Source: Novosphingobium sp. 17-62-19 | GTDB taxonomy: Bacteria > Pseudomonadota > Alphaproteobacteria > Sphingomonadales > Sphingomonadaceae | DNA length: 64,000 nucleotides | Assembly (NCBI RefSeq): GCF_002256775.1 | Contig: NZ_NCII01000014.1 | Coordinates: 6,715-70,714 of the forward strand | Direction: 5' to 3' | Part shown: piece by piece, positions 25,026 to 34,942 of the stretch | How the letters are laid out: each line of letters opens with the position of its first letter | How positions within the stretch are numbered: the first letter of the stretch is position 1 | Program-made: the position numbers and the translations under genes | The notes under the pieces: generated by a model | The model's input: the letters and a program-made list of their open reading frames with translations, nothing else | The model's database searches: none | What the model was told of the DNA's origin: nothing

Positions 25026-28000
25026 TCAACCCGCCGCCTCAAGCAGTTCCACCGCTCCACCCAGGTCGACGCTGACCAACCGTGAGACGCCACGTTCCAC
25101 CATCGTTACGCCGAACAGGCGGTGCATGCGGCTCATGGTGACGGCGTTGTGGGTGACGATCAGGTAGCGGGTGCTGGTTTGGGCGACCATTGCGTCGAGC
25201 AGATCGCAGAAGCGTTCGATGTTGGCGTCGTCCAGCGGTGCGTCGACTTCGTCGAGGACGCAGATCGGGGCGGGGTTGGTGAGGAAGAGGGCGAAGATCA
25301 GCGCTACTGCGGTCAGCGCCTGTTCGCCCCCGGACAGAAGAGTGAGCGATTGCAGGCGCTTGCCGGGCGGTTGTGCGAAGATTTCGAGGCCGGCTTCGAG
25401 CGGATCATCGCTGTCGACCAGCGCGAGGTGGGCCTCGCCGCCGCCGAAAAGGCGGGAGAATAGGTTGCGGAAGTGACCGTCCACCGCTTCGAATGCGGCG
25501 CGCAGACGTTCACGGCCTTCGCGGTTGAGATTGCCGATTGAGCCTCTAAGTCTATGAACAGCCTCGGTAAGTTCGGCCTGTTCGGCCACGCTGGTGCCGT
25601 GGCGTTCCTCTGCTTCGGCGAGTTCATCGGCGGCGACGAGGTTGACCGGGCCGATGCGTTCGCGCTCTGCGTTGAGGCGGTCCATCGCGGCGGATTCCTC
25701 GCCCGCGCTGGCGACTTCGGCACTCGCGAAGCCGAAGCGTTCGGGCAGGAGCGGGGGCGGGCACTGGAACCTTTCTCCTGAGATTCCAGCCATTTCCTGC
25801 CGCCGCGCGTCTTCGTTCTCGGCGCGGGCGACGGCACCGGCGCGACCTTCGCGGGCGGTGGCCAATGTTTCGTTGGCCAAGGATAGCGCGCTATCTGATT
25901 GTTTTGATGCAATTTCTGCAGCTGACAGCGCGGCTTCGGCAGCCGTGAGGTCTGTGGCAAGGCGGGTGCGGATGCTCTCACCTTGCTCGATCTCTGCGAT
26001 CAAACCCTTTGGTTTTGCTGCGGAAATTGCGCGTTCGGCTTCCAGTTCCTCGCGCCGTCCGGTCATTTCGGCGAGGCGCTTGGCGGCGTCTCCGGCGCGG
26101 GCCTGCCATGCGCGGATATCGCCGCGAAGGCCAGCAAGTCGTTCTTTTCCAACGGCAATGTTCTGATCGAGCGAGGCCGCTGCCGCTGTGGTTGCTTGCA
26201 ACGATGTGCGCGCTGCATCGTTACGGGCGCGGGCGGCTTCGAGGGCGGCGCGGCCTGCTTCGGGGTCTGGTAGGGTGTTGCGCTTGTCTTCGGCAGCGGA
26301 AAGTTCGCCCTGCGCGGTTTGGCGTTGGTCAGTAAGGTCTGCCTGAGTCCTTGAAATTTCGGCCTTTCTCTGGTCCAGCCTTGCTCGCGCCGCCTCTGCC
26401 GCATCCAGCGCACGCAACGCCGCACGTTCGGAATCCGACGCTTCCGTGATGGATTTTTGAACTGCACCTAAATGCACCACGATGACACCAAGACGCCCTT
26501 GCACGCCTTCAAGTGCTGATTGCGCGGCGCTGACAGCCGCTTTGCGCGCGGGCAAAATCGCTTTAAGTTCTACCAGCCGATTTTCCGCTTCGAGCGCTGC
26601 CGCTTCTGCCGCGCCTTCACCCCGCGCGACAAATCCATCCCACCTTCTGAGCCGTCCAACTTTCGTGACCAACCATTCGCCCGGCTGAAGGACTTGTCCA
26701 TCATCGCTGTCGCTCACGCGGACCAGCGCGAGTCTGGCGGTGAGTTCTGGAGGGCATTGCGGGACGTGGTGGGCGAGAGAATCGGGCAAGGGTGTGGGCG
26801 CTTGCGCTCCGGTCCAGAAGCGGCCTTCCGCGTCTGCCGGGGCGGGGCCGACCGGTGCGCTGGCGTCGCGGCCTAGTACGGCAGCCAGAGCGCGTTCATA
26901 GCCCGGCGCGGCGCGGGTGCCGGCGATGGCTGATTGGCCCAAGCCTTTGGCAGTCCGCGCTTTTTCGCGCGCTGCTTTGTCGCGGGCCAAAGCGTCTGCC
27001 TCTCGCTCCACGCCGGAAAGGTCAGCGCGGGCTTGGGCTAGCGCATTGCTGGCAGTATCGCGCTCAGTGGAAAGGGCTTCGCGCTGCGTAGTGAGATCGG
27101 CGCGCTCAGCTTCGGCTTTGGCGATGGCGGCTGCTGCGTCAGCACTTTTTGCCTCTGCTTCAGCGATTTGCACGGCGGGATCAGCCTCCCGCGCCAAGGC
27201 ATCAGCCTGCTGGGCAATGCGTGAGGCATCCGCATCGAGCCGGACCAGACGCTGGCGGGCGGCGGCCACGGCAGCTTCGGCCACGCGCCATTCAGCGTCG
27301 ATCCCGGCTTGCTCTGCCACGCGCTGTGCGAGGGCGATTTCGGCGGCGCGGGCGGCGCGGTCTGCGTCGTCGGCTGCGGCGGCGAGGGTGGGGCGGCGGG
27401 CGGTGTCTTCGGCAAGGGCTGCTTCGGCGGCGGTAAGGTCTTGATCGAGCTTTGCCATTGCGGCGGCGGCGTCTTCGGTCAGCTTGTCGGCGCTGGCGCG
27501 GTCCTGCTCGATCCGTGTCAGTTGGCGGTCGATGTCAGCCACGCGCTGTTCGGCGGCTTCCAATTGCGCGGTGAGCGAGGCCATGCGCTGGCCGTGGGCG
27601 GCGGCATCCTGCCTGCGATCAAACAGTTCGTCACGCGCTTCGGATAGAGCGGCAGCGGCTTTGTGCTGGGCGGCCTGGGCATGGTTGGCGAGGAGGGCCG
27701 CGGCCTTTACCGCTTCTTCGGCTGCTGTGGCCTGTGTGCGTGCGGCTTCAGCGGCGGCGGCGGCATCGCGCCAGCGGGCGAAGACGAGGCGGGCTTCGGA
27801 GAGACGAATTTTTTCGCTGACCGCCTTGTAGCGTTCGGCGGCGCGGGCTTGGCGGCGCAGCGTGTTAATCTGGCCTTCGAGCCCGGAGAGAAGGTCTTCG
27901 AGCCTTGCGACATTGACTTCGGTGGCGCGCAGCTTCTGCTCTGCATCGCGGCGGCGGACGTGGAGGCCGGCGATTCCGGCGGCCTCTTCGAGCATCATGC

Positions 28001-28466
28001 GGCGTTCGGTGGGTTTGGCGGCGATCACAGCGGCGATGCGGCCCTGGCTGACGAGGGCAGGGCTGTGCGCGCCGGTGGCGGCATCGGCGAAGACCAGCGC
28101 GACGTCCTTGGCGCGCACATCCTTGCCATTGACGCGGTAGGCGCTGCCTGCGCCACGTTCGATGCGGCGGACGACTTCGAGTTCAGCGCCGAACGGCCCG
28201 TCAGGATCGGTTTCGGCGGTGAGCAGGACTTCGGCAAAGGCACGGGCGGGGCGGGAGGCGGTGCCTGCGAAGATCACGTCTTCCATGCCGCCGCCGCGCA
28301 TCGATTTGGCCGAGCTTTCGCCCATGACCCAGCGGATCGCTTCGAGCAGGTTGGATTTGCCGCAGCCGTTGGGGCCGACGACGCCGGTGAGGCCGGGTTC
28401 GATGCGCAGTTCGGCAGGCTCTACGAAGCTCTTGAAACCGGACAGTTTCAAGCGCTTGAAAAGCAC
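25026..28466 (-). CDS. smc: chromosome segregation protein SMC
   Basis: 1146 aa. Walker A GPNGCGKSN, long Ala/Glu/Arg coiled coils, signature LSGGEQ and Walker B VLDEVDAPLD. Confidence 0.95.
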   Translation of the reverse strand: MLFKRLKLSGFKSFVEPAELRIEPGLTGVVGPNGCGKSNLLEAIRWVMGESSAKSMRGGGMEDVIFAGTASRPARAFAEVLLTAETDPDGPFGAELEVVRRIERGAGSAYRVNGKDVRAKDVALVFADAATGAHSPALVSQGRIAAVIAAKPTERRMMLEEAAGIAGLHVRRRDAEQKLRATEVNVARLEDLLSGLEGQINTLRRQARAAERYKAVSEKIRLSEARLVFARWRDAAAAAEAARTQATAAEEAVKAAALLANHAQAAQHKAAAALSEARDELFDRRQDAAAHGQRMASLTAQLEAAEQRVADIDRQLTRIEQDRASADKLTEDAAAAMAKLDQDLTAAEAALAEDTARRPTLAAAADDADRAARAAEIALAQRVAEQAGIDAEWRVAEAAVAAARQRLVRLDADASRIAQQADALAREADPAVQIAEAEAKSADAAAAIAKAEAERADLTTQREALSTERDTASNALAQARADLSGVEREADALARDKAAREKARTAKGLGQSAIAGTRAAPGYERALAAVLGRDASAPVGPAPADAEGRFWTGAQAPTPLPDSLAHHVPQCPPELTARLALVRVSDSDDGQVLQPGEWLVTKVGRLRRWDGFVARGEGAAEAAALEAENRLVELKAILPARKAAVSAAQSALEGVQGRLGVIVVHLGAVQKSITEASDSERAALRALDAAEAARARLDQRKAEISRTQADLTDQRQTAQGELSAAEDKRNTLPDPEAGRAALEAARARNDAARTSLQATTAAAASLDQNIAVGKERLAGLRGDIRAWQARAGDAAKRLAEMTGRREELEAERAISAAKPKGLIAEIEQGESIRTRLATDLTAAEAALSAAEIASKQSDSALSLANETLATAREGRAGAVARAENEDARRQEMAGISGERFQCPPPLLPERFGFASAEVASAGEESAAMDRLNAERERIGPVNLVAADELAEAEERHGTSVAEQAELTEAVHRLRGSIGNLNREGRERLRAAFEAVDGHFRNLFSRLFGGGEAHLALVDSDDPLEAGLEIFAQPPGKRLQSLTLLSGGEQALTAVALIFALFLTNPAPICVLDEVDAPLDDANIERFCDLLDAMVAQTSTRYLIVTHNAVTMSRMHRLFGVTMVERGVSRLVSVDLGGAVELLEAAG

Positions 28467-28497
28467 GCCTCAGGCCCCCCGGCTGCCGCGCCCGCGC

Positions 28498-29247
28498 TTA
28501 GCGTGCGCCAGCCTTCTGGATCATCGGTTCAAGTTCTTCCCAATTCGCAACGCCGGTCTTGTTGCCATTGATGAAGAACGTAGGCGTGCCGGTAATGTCG
28601 AATTCCTTGCTCCACTTTTCGTTCAGTTCGGCAAGCTTGGTGGCCTTGGCCGTATCGGCAAGGCAGGTGGCCCCTTGCGCTGCGGCAACGCCACGCGAGG
28701 CGAAAAATTCGCTCATGCCGGAAACTTGCGCAATGCCGCCGAAGCGCTTTTCGGGCGGAAGCGAAGCGGCTTGTTGCACCGCGTCGTTGTTTGCCTGAAG
28801 GTTGGTGAACATCTGCGGCTGCCAGCCCCAGAATTGTTCGGACAGCGGGATCACCGCTTCGGGCGTGCCGCAGGTGGCGAGCAGGACCGATGGCATATCG
28901 AGCATGTTGAGCAGGAACAGGCGCAGTTCGAACGACACGCGGCCCGATGCGATGTATTCATCGCGCAGCTTGGGGAAGCCCTTTTCCGAAAATTCCGCGC
29001 AGTGCGAACAGGAAAGCGCGCCGAATTCCATGATCTTGATCGGGGCATCGGGGTTGCCGATCAAATATCCGCCATCGGCAGTGGTGGAGAAGGTTTCGGT
29101 CCACGATGTGCCGGCGGGGGCGGGGATCTTGGCGATGGGCTCGCTGCTGGCGACTTCGCCTGTGGCGGCGGCGTCCTTGTTGTCACAGGCGGAAAGGCCG
29201 AGCGTGAGGGGCAGGGCGGCAAGCAGGAGGGCGCGGGCGAGCTTCAT
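28498..29247 (-). CDS. DsbA-family thiol:disulfide oxidoreductase lipoprotein
   Basis: Lipobox LGLSA/C and thioredoxin-fold active site CSHC. Confidence 0.8.
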   Translation of the reverse strand: MKLARALLLAALPLTLGLSACDNKDAAATGEVASSEPIAKIPAPAGTSWTETFSTTADGGYLIGNPDAPIKIMEFGALSCSHCAEFSEKGFPKLRDEYIASGRVSFELRLFLLNMLDMPSVLLATCGTPEAVIPLSEQFWGWQPQMFTNLQANNDAVQQAASLPPEKRFGGIAQVSGMSEFFASRGVAAAQGATCLADTAKATKLAELNEKWSKEFDITGTPTFFINGNKTGVANWEELEPMIQKAGAR

Positions 29248-29337
29248 CGTGTGGATATTCCCGTGTCTGGCGGTTTGGGCGGACGCTAGCCGATTGTGGC
29301 GGGGTGGTGAAGGGGGGCAGGGTTTGGGTTGTGGATG

Positions 29338-29442
29338 GTCCTTCGACAGGCGCGCTAATTCAAAGTCCCGTTCCCGCTCGTCCTGAGCCTGTCGAAGGAC
29401 GCCAGCACAGCGTGGGATGCTTCGACAAGCTCAGCATGAGCG
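29338..29442. repeat. REP-like hairpin element (blocks X and Y)
   Basis: GTCCTTCGACAGGC (29338-29351) is the reverse complement of GCCTGTCGAAGGAC (29387-29400). Block X at 29374-29400 and block Y at 29419-29442 recur at 36890-36965. Confidence 0.85.
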
Positions 29443-29472
29443 GACTGGCTTTGGTAACATGCCCTCCCCCAA

Positions 29473-29494
29473 CCCCTCCCGCTTGCGGGAGGGG
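29473..29494. repeat. perfect GC-rich palindrome (possible terminator or REP hairpin)
   Basis: CCCCTCCCGC-TT-GCGGGAGGGG, with perfect 10-bp arms, 12 nt downstream of the stop of the 29507-30211 gene. Confidence 0.6.
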
Positions 29495-29506
29495 ATTTCG
29501 CGGTGC

Positions 29507-30211
29507 TTACTTTGTCCGCGCGAGGATTTGTGGGCGCAGGGCGTCCCAACTGTGGGTGCCGGCAAGGAGAACACCGTCGATCATGAAGCTGGGGGTGCCG
29601 GTCACGCCGAGTTTTTCAACCGCATCGTTGGTCTGTTGGGCCAGCTTGTTGGCCAACGGTTCGTTGGCGAGGCAGCGGTCCATGGCGGGGCGGTCCATCC
29701 CGCGGGCGGCCATGAACTGATAGAACTTGAAGTCCGAGGCGATGGCGCGAGTGCGAGTGGTGAAGGGGCCGGTTGTCCAGCGCTGGCGCTGCGCGGCGGT
29801 GGAATTTGAAAGCGGGCCGATCCATTGCGGCTGGGCGCGCATGAAGGCGGTGTGGACCTGAAAGAAGCGGTTGGCGGGCACGCAGTTGGTGATGAGCGCG
29901 ACGGTGACATCGACCGGATCGCGCACGAAATTGCGCACTTCGACCGCGCCCTTGCCGGGGCCGACCATGCCGAGTTTCAGTTGCCCTTCGGCTTCCACTT
30001 CGAACGCAGAACAGTGCGGGCAGGTGTAGCTGACGTACTGAACCAGCCGAAGCGGGGCCTTGGGATTGCCGAGGACGTGGTGGCCTTCCGGCGTGACAGA
30101 TGAGGCGACCGCCCAGTTGGCGCCGCCTGCAGGGCGCGCGGGCTTGGTCGCGCCCGTCAGCGCCAGTGCGGCAAGGGCTGCGAAGGTGGCAGTTGCAAGT
30201 TTGCGGGTCAT
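29507..30211 (-). CDS. DsbA-family thioredoxin-domain protein (secreted)
   Basis: Signal peptide MTRKLATATFAALAALALTGA and active site CPHC. Confidence 0.8.
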   Translation of the reverse strand: MTRKLATATFAALAALALTGATKPARPAGGANWAVASSVTPEGHHVLGNPKAPLRLVQYVSYTCPHCSAFEVEAEGQLKLGMVGPGKGAVEVRNFVRDPVDVTVALITNCVPANRFFQVHTAFMRAQPQWIGPLSNSTAAQRQRWTTGPFTTRTRAIASDFKFYQFMAARGMDRPAMDRCLANEPLANKLAQQTNDAVEKLGVTGTPSFMIDGVLLAGTHSWDALRPQILARTK

Positions 30212-30813
30212 CCGTTCCTGTTTCCCCCAGAGGCACTATCGAGACTGCGTGCCAGTGATTCGAGCACGGTGCGCAGTTCGGGATCACCGATATCGCGCAA
30301 CGAATCCCCCAATTCCATCGGAATCGGTTTTAGCGAAGGAGGCGCCGCGCGCGCAGGGTCTTTGGCCTTTGGTGCCTGAACCGCACCTTGCCTGATTTTC
30401 ACCTTGGCCACCGCGCGATAGCCGAAGAAGCGGTTTACCCGCTCCATGATTTCGGGGGTCACGTGCTGGATCATCGGCGCGTGGGCAGGGCTGACCACCA
30501 GTTGCAGGATGCCGTCAGACTTTTCGCCGGGGGGGAAGCGGATCGATTCGGGCATACAGTTGCGCGCGTTGCGTTCGCCCACGATTTCGGGCCAGCGGGT
30601 GACAACGCTGGATTGCACGAAGCCGAAGCGGCGGAAGGCGGTGCGGCCGATGGCGGGCATCAGGTCTGCAATCTGGCGCGCTTCGCCGCCGCGCGGGCGT
30701 TCATAAGGTTTGAGCGCGGGCTTGGCGGCGGGCTTTGCCGGGGGCTTTGCACGCTGGGCCGTTTTGGGTTTGTCCGCGTCAGAAGGGGTGGTTTTCATAT
30801 CGCCTTGGGCCAT
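30208..30813 (-). CDS. DUF721 domain protein (DciA-like)
   Basis: Lys/Pro/Ala-rich N-terminus followed by RRFGFVQSSVVTRWPEIVG....N..P..I.......G.L.L.V....A..IQH....I..RVN, which is typical of DUF721. Divergent from mutY, as is common in alphaproteobacteria. Confidence 0.7.
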   Translation of the reverse strand: MAQGDMKTTPSDADKPKTAQRAKPPAKPAAKPALKPYERPRGGEARQIADLMPAIGRTAFRRFGFVQSSVVTRWPEIVGERNARNCMPESIRFPPGEKSDGILQLVVSPAHAPMIQHVTPEIMERVNRFFGYRAVAKVKIRQGAVQAPKAKDPARAAPPSLKPIPMELGDSLRDIGDPELRTVLESLARSLDSASGGNRNG

Positions 30814-30827
30814 GCCATAGGTGCGCG

Positions 30828-31892
30828 ATGCAAGCCAGAGAGGAAGCTGAAATCACCTTCGATCCCGAGGCAGTCGCGCCTAGTCTGCTCGGCTGGTATG
30901 ACGTTCATGCGCGGCGGCTGCCGTGGCGCAAGTTGCCGGGGGAGGCGCGGCAGGAGCCTTACAAGGTGTGGCTTTCCGAAGTCATGCTGCAGCAGACTAC
31001 TGTGGCGGCGGTGGGGCCGTATTTTGCGAAGTTTTTGGAGCGCTGGCCGACCGTGGCGGATCTGGCGGCGGCGGACGATGCCGATGTGATGGCAGCCTGG
31101 GCGGGGCTGGGATACTATGCCCGCGCGCGCAATCTGCTGGCCTGTGCGCGGGCGGTCGCGGCTATGGGGGAGGTATTTCCTGATACCGAAGAGGGTTTGC
31201 GCGCATTGCCGGGGCTGGGCGAATATACGGCAGCGGCTGTGGCGGCGATTGCCTTTGGGCGGCGGGCGGTGGTGGTGGATGCCAATGTCGAGCGGGTGGT
31301 GGCGCGGCTGTTTGCCATCGACGAGCCTTTGCCCGGCGGCAGGGCTGCGATCCGCTTTGCGGCAGGGCAGGTGACGCCGGACGAGCGGGCTGGAGACTTT
31401 GCACAGGCCATGATGGATCTGGGGGCAACGATCTGCACCGTGCGTTCCCCCCGGTGCATGTTGTGTCCGCTTTCAGTGCAGTGCCGGGGGCGGGCTGAGG
31501 GCGCGCCTGAGCGTTTGCCAGTGAAGGCAGCGAAGAAGGCCAAGCCCACGCGGCAGGGGCGGGCCTACTGGATCGAGCGGGATGGCAAGGTGCTGTTGGT
31601 GACGCGGCAGGGGCGCGGAATGCTGGGCGGGATGCGCGCGCTGCCCGATGATGGCTGGTCGGCCAAGGGCGATGGCGCGGCGGCGCTGGATGGGGAATGG
31701 CGGCAGGGTGGTGTCGTGCGGCATTCGTTCACGCATTTCGATCTCGAATTGCAATTGATGCTTTGCGTATCGTCGGAAGCGGTTAGTCTTGGCGAAGGAG
31801 AGTGGTGGCCGGTGCACGACATCGAGGCTGCCGGACTGCCCACCGTGTTCGCCAAGGCGGCGCGGCTGGCAATTGCTGAGAGGATTGGCTGA
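30828..31892 (+). CDS. mutY: A/G-specific adenine glycosylase MutY
   Basis: LPWRK...PYKVWLSEVMLQQT, GLGYYARARNL and the Fe-S cluster motif CTVRSPRCMLCPLSVQC. Trimmed to ATG 30828. Confidence 0.9.
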   Translation: MQAREEAEITFDPEAVAPSLLGWYDVHARRLPWRKLPGEARQEPYKVWLSEVMLQQTTVAAVGPYFAKFLERWPTVADLAAADDADVMAAWAGLGYYARARNLLACARAVAAMGEVFPDTEEGLRALPGLGEYTAAAVAAIAFGRRAVVVDANVERVVARLFAIDEPLPGGRAAIRFAAGQVTPDERAGDFAQAMMDLGATICTVRSPRCMLCPLSVQCRGRAEGAPERLPVKAAKKAKPTRQGRAYWIERDGKVLLVTRQGRGMLGGMRALPDDGWSAKGDGAAALDGEWRQGGVVRHSFTHFDLELQLMLCVSSEAVSLGEGEWWPVHDIEAAGLPTVFAKAARLAIAERIG

Positions 31893-31894
31893 AA

Positions 31895-33190
31895 ATGCGG
31901 GATTTGGCGGTATCGCGCAGGGCGCTGCTGGGATCGTTCGGGGCGCTGGCGGGGACCGCGTTCCTGCCGCGCATGGCGTGGGGTTCTGCAGCGGCGGAGG
32001 CGAAGTTTCCCACGGTGGCGCGGATGCTCGATGGCTACGTATCCACCGGCAAACTGCCCGGCATGATCGCAGCAATCGGCTGGGGTGCGGGTGAGGCGCC
32101 GCTGGACATTGCGCGCGGGAACTTGGCCAAGGGTGAGGCTCCGGCGCTAGACCTGGATAGCCTGTTCCGCATCTATTCGATGACCAAGCCGATCACCGGC
32201 ATGGCTGCGATGATGCTGGTGGACGAGGGCAAGTTGCGGCTCGATCAGCCGGTTGCCGATCTGCTGCCAGCGTTCGGAAAAATGATGGTGCAGGCTACGC
32301 CCGATGGTTCGATCACCGATCTGCGACCTGCCAAGACGCAGATTACCGTGCGGCACCTGCTGACGCATACGGCGGGGCTGGGCTATTCGATCATTCAAAA
32401 TGGGCCGATCAAGGACGCCTTCATCAAGGCCGGGGTCGTGCCGGGCCAGGCGAGCCGATTGCCGACGCCGGGGATGGACGGGTTCAAGCCGCTGGGGAGC
32501 CTTGCCGAATTTGCCGATGTGCTGGCCACACTACCGCTGGTTTATGAGCCGGGCACGGTGTGGAGCTATTCGGTGGGGCTGGATCTGCTGGGCCGCGTGA
32601 TTGAGGTCGCTTCGGGAAAGCCGTTCGATGCGTTTCTGGACGAGCGGGTGTTTGCGCCCTGCGGCATGACCTCCACATGGTTCCGCGTGCCAGAGAGCGA
32701 GGCGGGGCGGCTGACCACGAACTATGCGGCTGTTGGCGGGATGCTGCTGCCGATCGATCCGGGCAAGACCTCGATCTATCTGGACCAGCCGCCCTATCCG
32801 TTTGGCGGGGCGGGGCTGGTGTCGTCTCCGCGCGATTATGACCGGTTTCAGCGGATGCTGCTGGGCTTTGGGCGGATCGACGGGCGGCAGGTGATGAGCG
32901 AGGCGGCGGTGCGGCTGGGGACGAGCAATCTGCTGCCAGTAGGGACCGATCTGTCGCGCTCGTTCATCAAGGGCAACGGTTTTGGCGCGGGCGGCTCGGT
33001 CGGCCTGGGCGAGGATGCCGGGACATATGGCTGGGCGGGGGCCGCGGGGACTGTTGGCTTCGTCAACTTCCGCGTGGGGCTGCGCGCGGGGTGCTATACG
33101 CAGTACATGCCGTCGGAAGCCTATCCGGTGCACAGGGAATTCGCGCAGGCCGTATTGGCCGACGTTACGGGGAAGAAGGCTGCAGCCTGA
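31895..33190 (+). CDS. serine hydrolase (beta-lactamase class C / esterase family) with a Tat-type signal
   Basis: SRRALLGSFGALAG twin-arginine leader and the SxxK active-site motif (YSMTKPITG). Confidence 0.8.
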   Translation: MRDLAVSRRALLGSFGALAGTAFLPRMAWGSAAAEAKFPTVARMLDGYVSTGKLPGMIAAIGWGAGEAPLDIARGNLAKGEAPALDLDSLFRIYSMTKPITGMAAMMLVDEGKLRLDQPVADLLPAFGKMMVQATPDGSITDLRPAKTQITVRHLLTHTAGLGYSIIQNGPIKDAFIKAGVVPGQASRLPTPGMDGFKPLGSLAEFADVLATLPLVYEPGTVWSYSVGLDLLGRVIEVASGKPFDAFLDERVFAPCGMTSTWFRVPESEAGRLTTNYAAVGGMLLPIDPGKTSIYLDQPPYPFGGAGLVSSPRDYDRFQRMLLGFGRIDGRQVMSEAAVRLGTSNLLPVGTDLSRSFIKGNGFGAGGSVGLGEDAGTYGWAGAAGTVGFVNFRVGLRAGCYTQYMPSEAYPVHREFAQAVLADVTGKKAAA

Positions 33191-34071
33191 TGGACATGAC
33201 AATAGCATTTGCAGGCGGTGGGCTGGACCGTGCCGACCACATCCGGGCCGCTCCCGACCGGCTGGAAAGCCTGATGAACTGGCGTGCGCGACTGCTGAAG
33301 CTGGAAGGGATCGATCCGGTGATCGCGCCCGATGGCGGGCTGGAATGGGGTAGTCTGGCCGATGCGGACCCGGAAGCTGAACTGGTGTTTCTGGGGCTGA
33401 GCGAGGACGGACGCGGGTGCTTTGCCGAAGTGACGCCGCGGATCATCGGCAGCGTGGCACCGCCCAATCCACGGCTTTGGGGTGCGATGGGGAGTCTCTC
33501 ACCTGCCGATCTCACGATTTATGGCGGCGCGCGCAGCCTGGTGGATTGGCACGCGCGGCACCGATTCTGTGCCGTGTGCAGCGCGCCGACGCGGCTGGCC
33601 AAGGGTGGCTGGCAGCGCAGTTGCACCAACGACCTGTGCAAGGGGGAGCACTTCCCGCGCGTCGATCCGGTGACGATCATGACGGTGGAATGCAATGGCG
33701 AGTTGCTGCTGGGGCGCCAGCCGCGCTTTCCTCCGCGCCGTTATTCGGCACTGGCTGGCTTTGTCGAGCCGGGCGAGGGGCTGGAAGATGCGGTGCGGCG
33801 CGAGGTTCTGGAAGAAGCGGGTGTAAAGGTAGACGCGGTGCGCTATGTGGCGAGCCAGCCTTGGCCGTTCCCTTCCTCGCTGATGATAGCGTGCCATGCG
33901 TTTACGACGCAGCGTGAGATCACCATCGACGAAACCGAATTGGACGATGCGCGCTGGTTCACGCGTAAGGAAGTGCAATATGCGATGAGCGGCGCGGAAG
34001 ATGGCGCGTTCATCGCGCCGCCGCCGTTTGCCGTGGCGCATCACTTGCTCAAGTGGTGGTTGGCGCAATGA
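33190..34071 (+). CDS. nudC: NAD+ diphosphatase NudC
   Basis: Zinc ribbon CAVCSAPT...CTNDLC, Nudix box GFVEPGEGLEDAVRREVLEEAGV and the NudC signature SQPWPFPSS. The ATG overlaps the upstream stop (TGATG). Confidence 0.9.
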   Translation: MDMTIAFAGGGLDRADHIRAAPDRLESLMNWRARLLKLEGIDPVIAPDGGLEWGSLADADPEAELVFLGLSEDGRGCFAEVTPRIIGSVAPPNPRLWGAMGSLSPADLTIYGGARSLVDWHARHRFCAVCSAPTRLAKGGWQRSCTNDLCKGEHFPRVDPVTIMTVECNGELLLGRQPRFPPRRYSALAGFVEPGEGLEDAVRREVLEEAGVKVDAVRYVASQPWPFPSSLMIACHAFTTQREITIDETELDDARWFTRKEVQYAMSGAEDGAFIAPPPFAVAHHLLKWWLAQ

Positions 34072-34772
34072 ACGCGCCCGCAAAAGTCACGCTCGACATC
34101 TGGTCGGATGTCATGTGCCCGTGGTGCGTGATCGGGCTGAACCAGCTGGACAAGGCGCTGGCAGGGATGGAGGGCGAAGTGGACGCGACGGTGCGGTTCC
34201 ATCCGTTCGAGCTGAACCCGGATATGGCAGAGGGCGGCGAGGAGCAGGCGGCGCATATCCAGCGCAAGTATGGCCGCACACCCGAACAATCGGCAGGGGT
34301 GCGCGATACGCTGAAGCAGGCAGGCGCGCGGGCAGGCTATTCGTTCGACTACACCGGAGAGGGCGAGGCACCGCCGCCGATGATGTGGAACACGCGGTTG
34401 GCGCACCGGCTGCTGACGTGGACCTTGCGCGATTTTGGGCCGGAGCAACAGGTGCGGCTGAAGCGCGCACTGTTCGACGCGCACTTTCAGGCGCGGCGGA
34501 ATATGTCTGACCCGGAAGTGCTGGCCGATGTGGCGGAAGCTGCTGGGTTGCCGCGCGTGGGTGCGCTACAGGCTATGATCGATGCGGAGATCGACGCGCA
34601 GGTGGTGGCCGGGCAGCAGCAGGCTTGGGATATGAATGTGAGCGGGGTTCCCGCCGTGGTCATCAACGGTAGGCTGATCGTGCCGGGCGCGCAGGAGCCG
34701 GAGGTCTATGCCGACCTGATCCGCAAGGTTCTGGCGCGCGAACGCACACTTGCCGAGCAGGGCGAGGGCTGA
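34068..34772 (+). CDS. DsbA-family oxidoreductase (FrnE-like)
   Basis: The N-terminal DIWSDVMCPWCVIG pattern carries the CPWC active site. Confidence 0.8.
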   Translation: MNAPAKVTLDIWSDVMCPWCVIGLNQLDKALAGMEGEVDATVRFHPFELNPDMAEGGEEQAAHIQRKYGRTPEQSAGVRDTLKQAGARAGYSFDYTGEGEAPPPMMWNTRLAHRLLTWTLRDFGPEQQVRLKRALFDAHFQARRNMSDPEVLADVAEAAGLPRVGALQAMIDAEIDAQVVAGQQQAWDMNVSGVPAVVINGRLIVPGAQEPEVYADLIRKVLARERTLAEQGEG

Positions 34773-34942
34773 CACCAGCCTTGCACTTTGGTGCTGTTTC
34801 AGACTAAGGGCCGCGCATTCGCTTGGACCCGGTGAAATTCCGGGTGGCTATTCCGGCCGCCGATCCGCCGGACAACATCACGCATGTAACCTTTGAACAG
34901 CCGCGCTTAACCGCGCGCCATGCGCCTTGTTGTGGAATTCTT

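Noticed and set aside
25026-28466. Periodic GCGGC/GCC-rich patterns that look like tandem repeats or a CRISPR-like array
   Set aside because: They are the Ala/Arg/Glu-rich coiled-coil arms of SMC, in one continuous 1146-codon frame. There are no repeat-spacer units of constant length.
29304-29720. Small ORFs translated from repeat elements (MLRQAQHER..., ...PEPVEGR...; also the N-terminal extension of 36449-36946)
   Set aside because: Their shared peptide strings come from the REP-like hairpin blocks read in frame. They lack RBSs and overlap intergenic repeats.
34776-34942. Possible riboswitch in the 167-nt leader of the SulP permease gene (GGTGAAATTCCGGG stem-loop, faintly cobalamin-like)
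   Set aside because: Only short generic hairpins are present. There is no B12 box, and I could not recognise a SAM-II, Moco or other conserved core.
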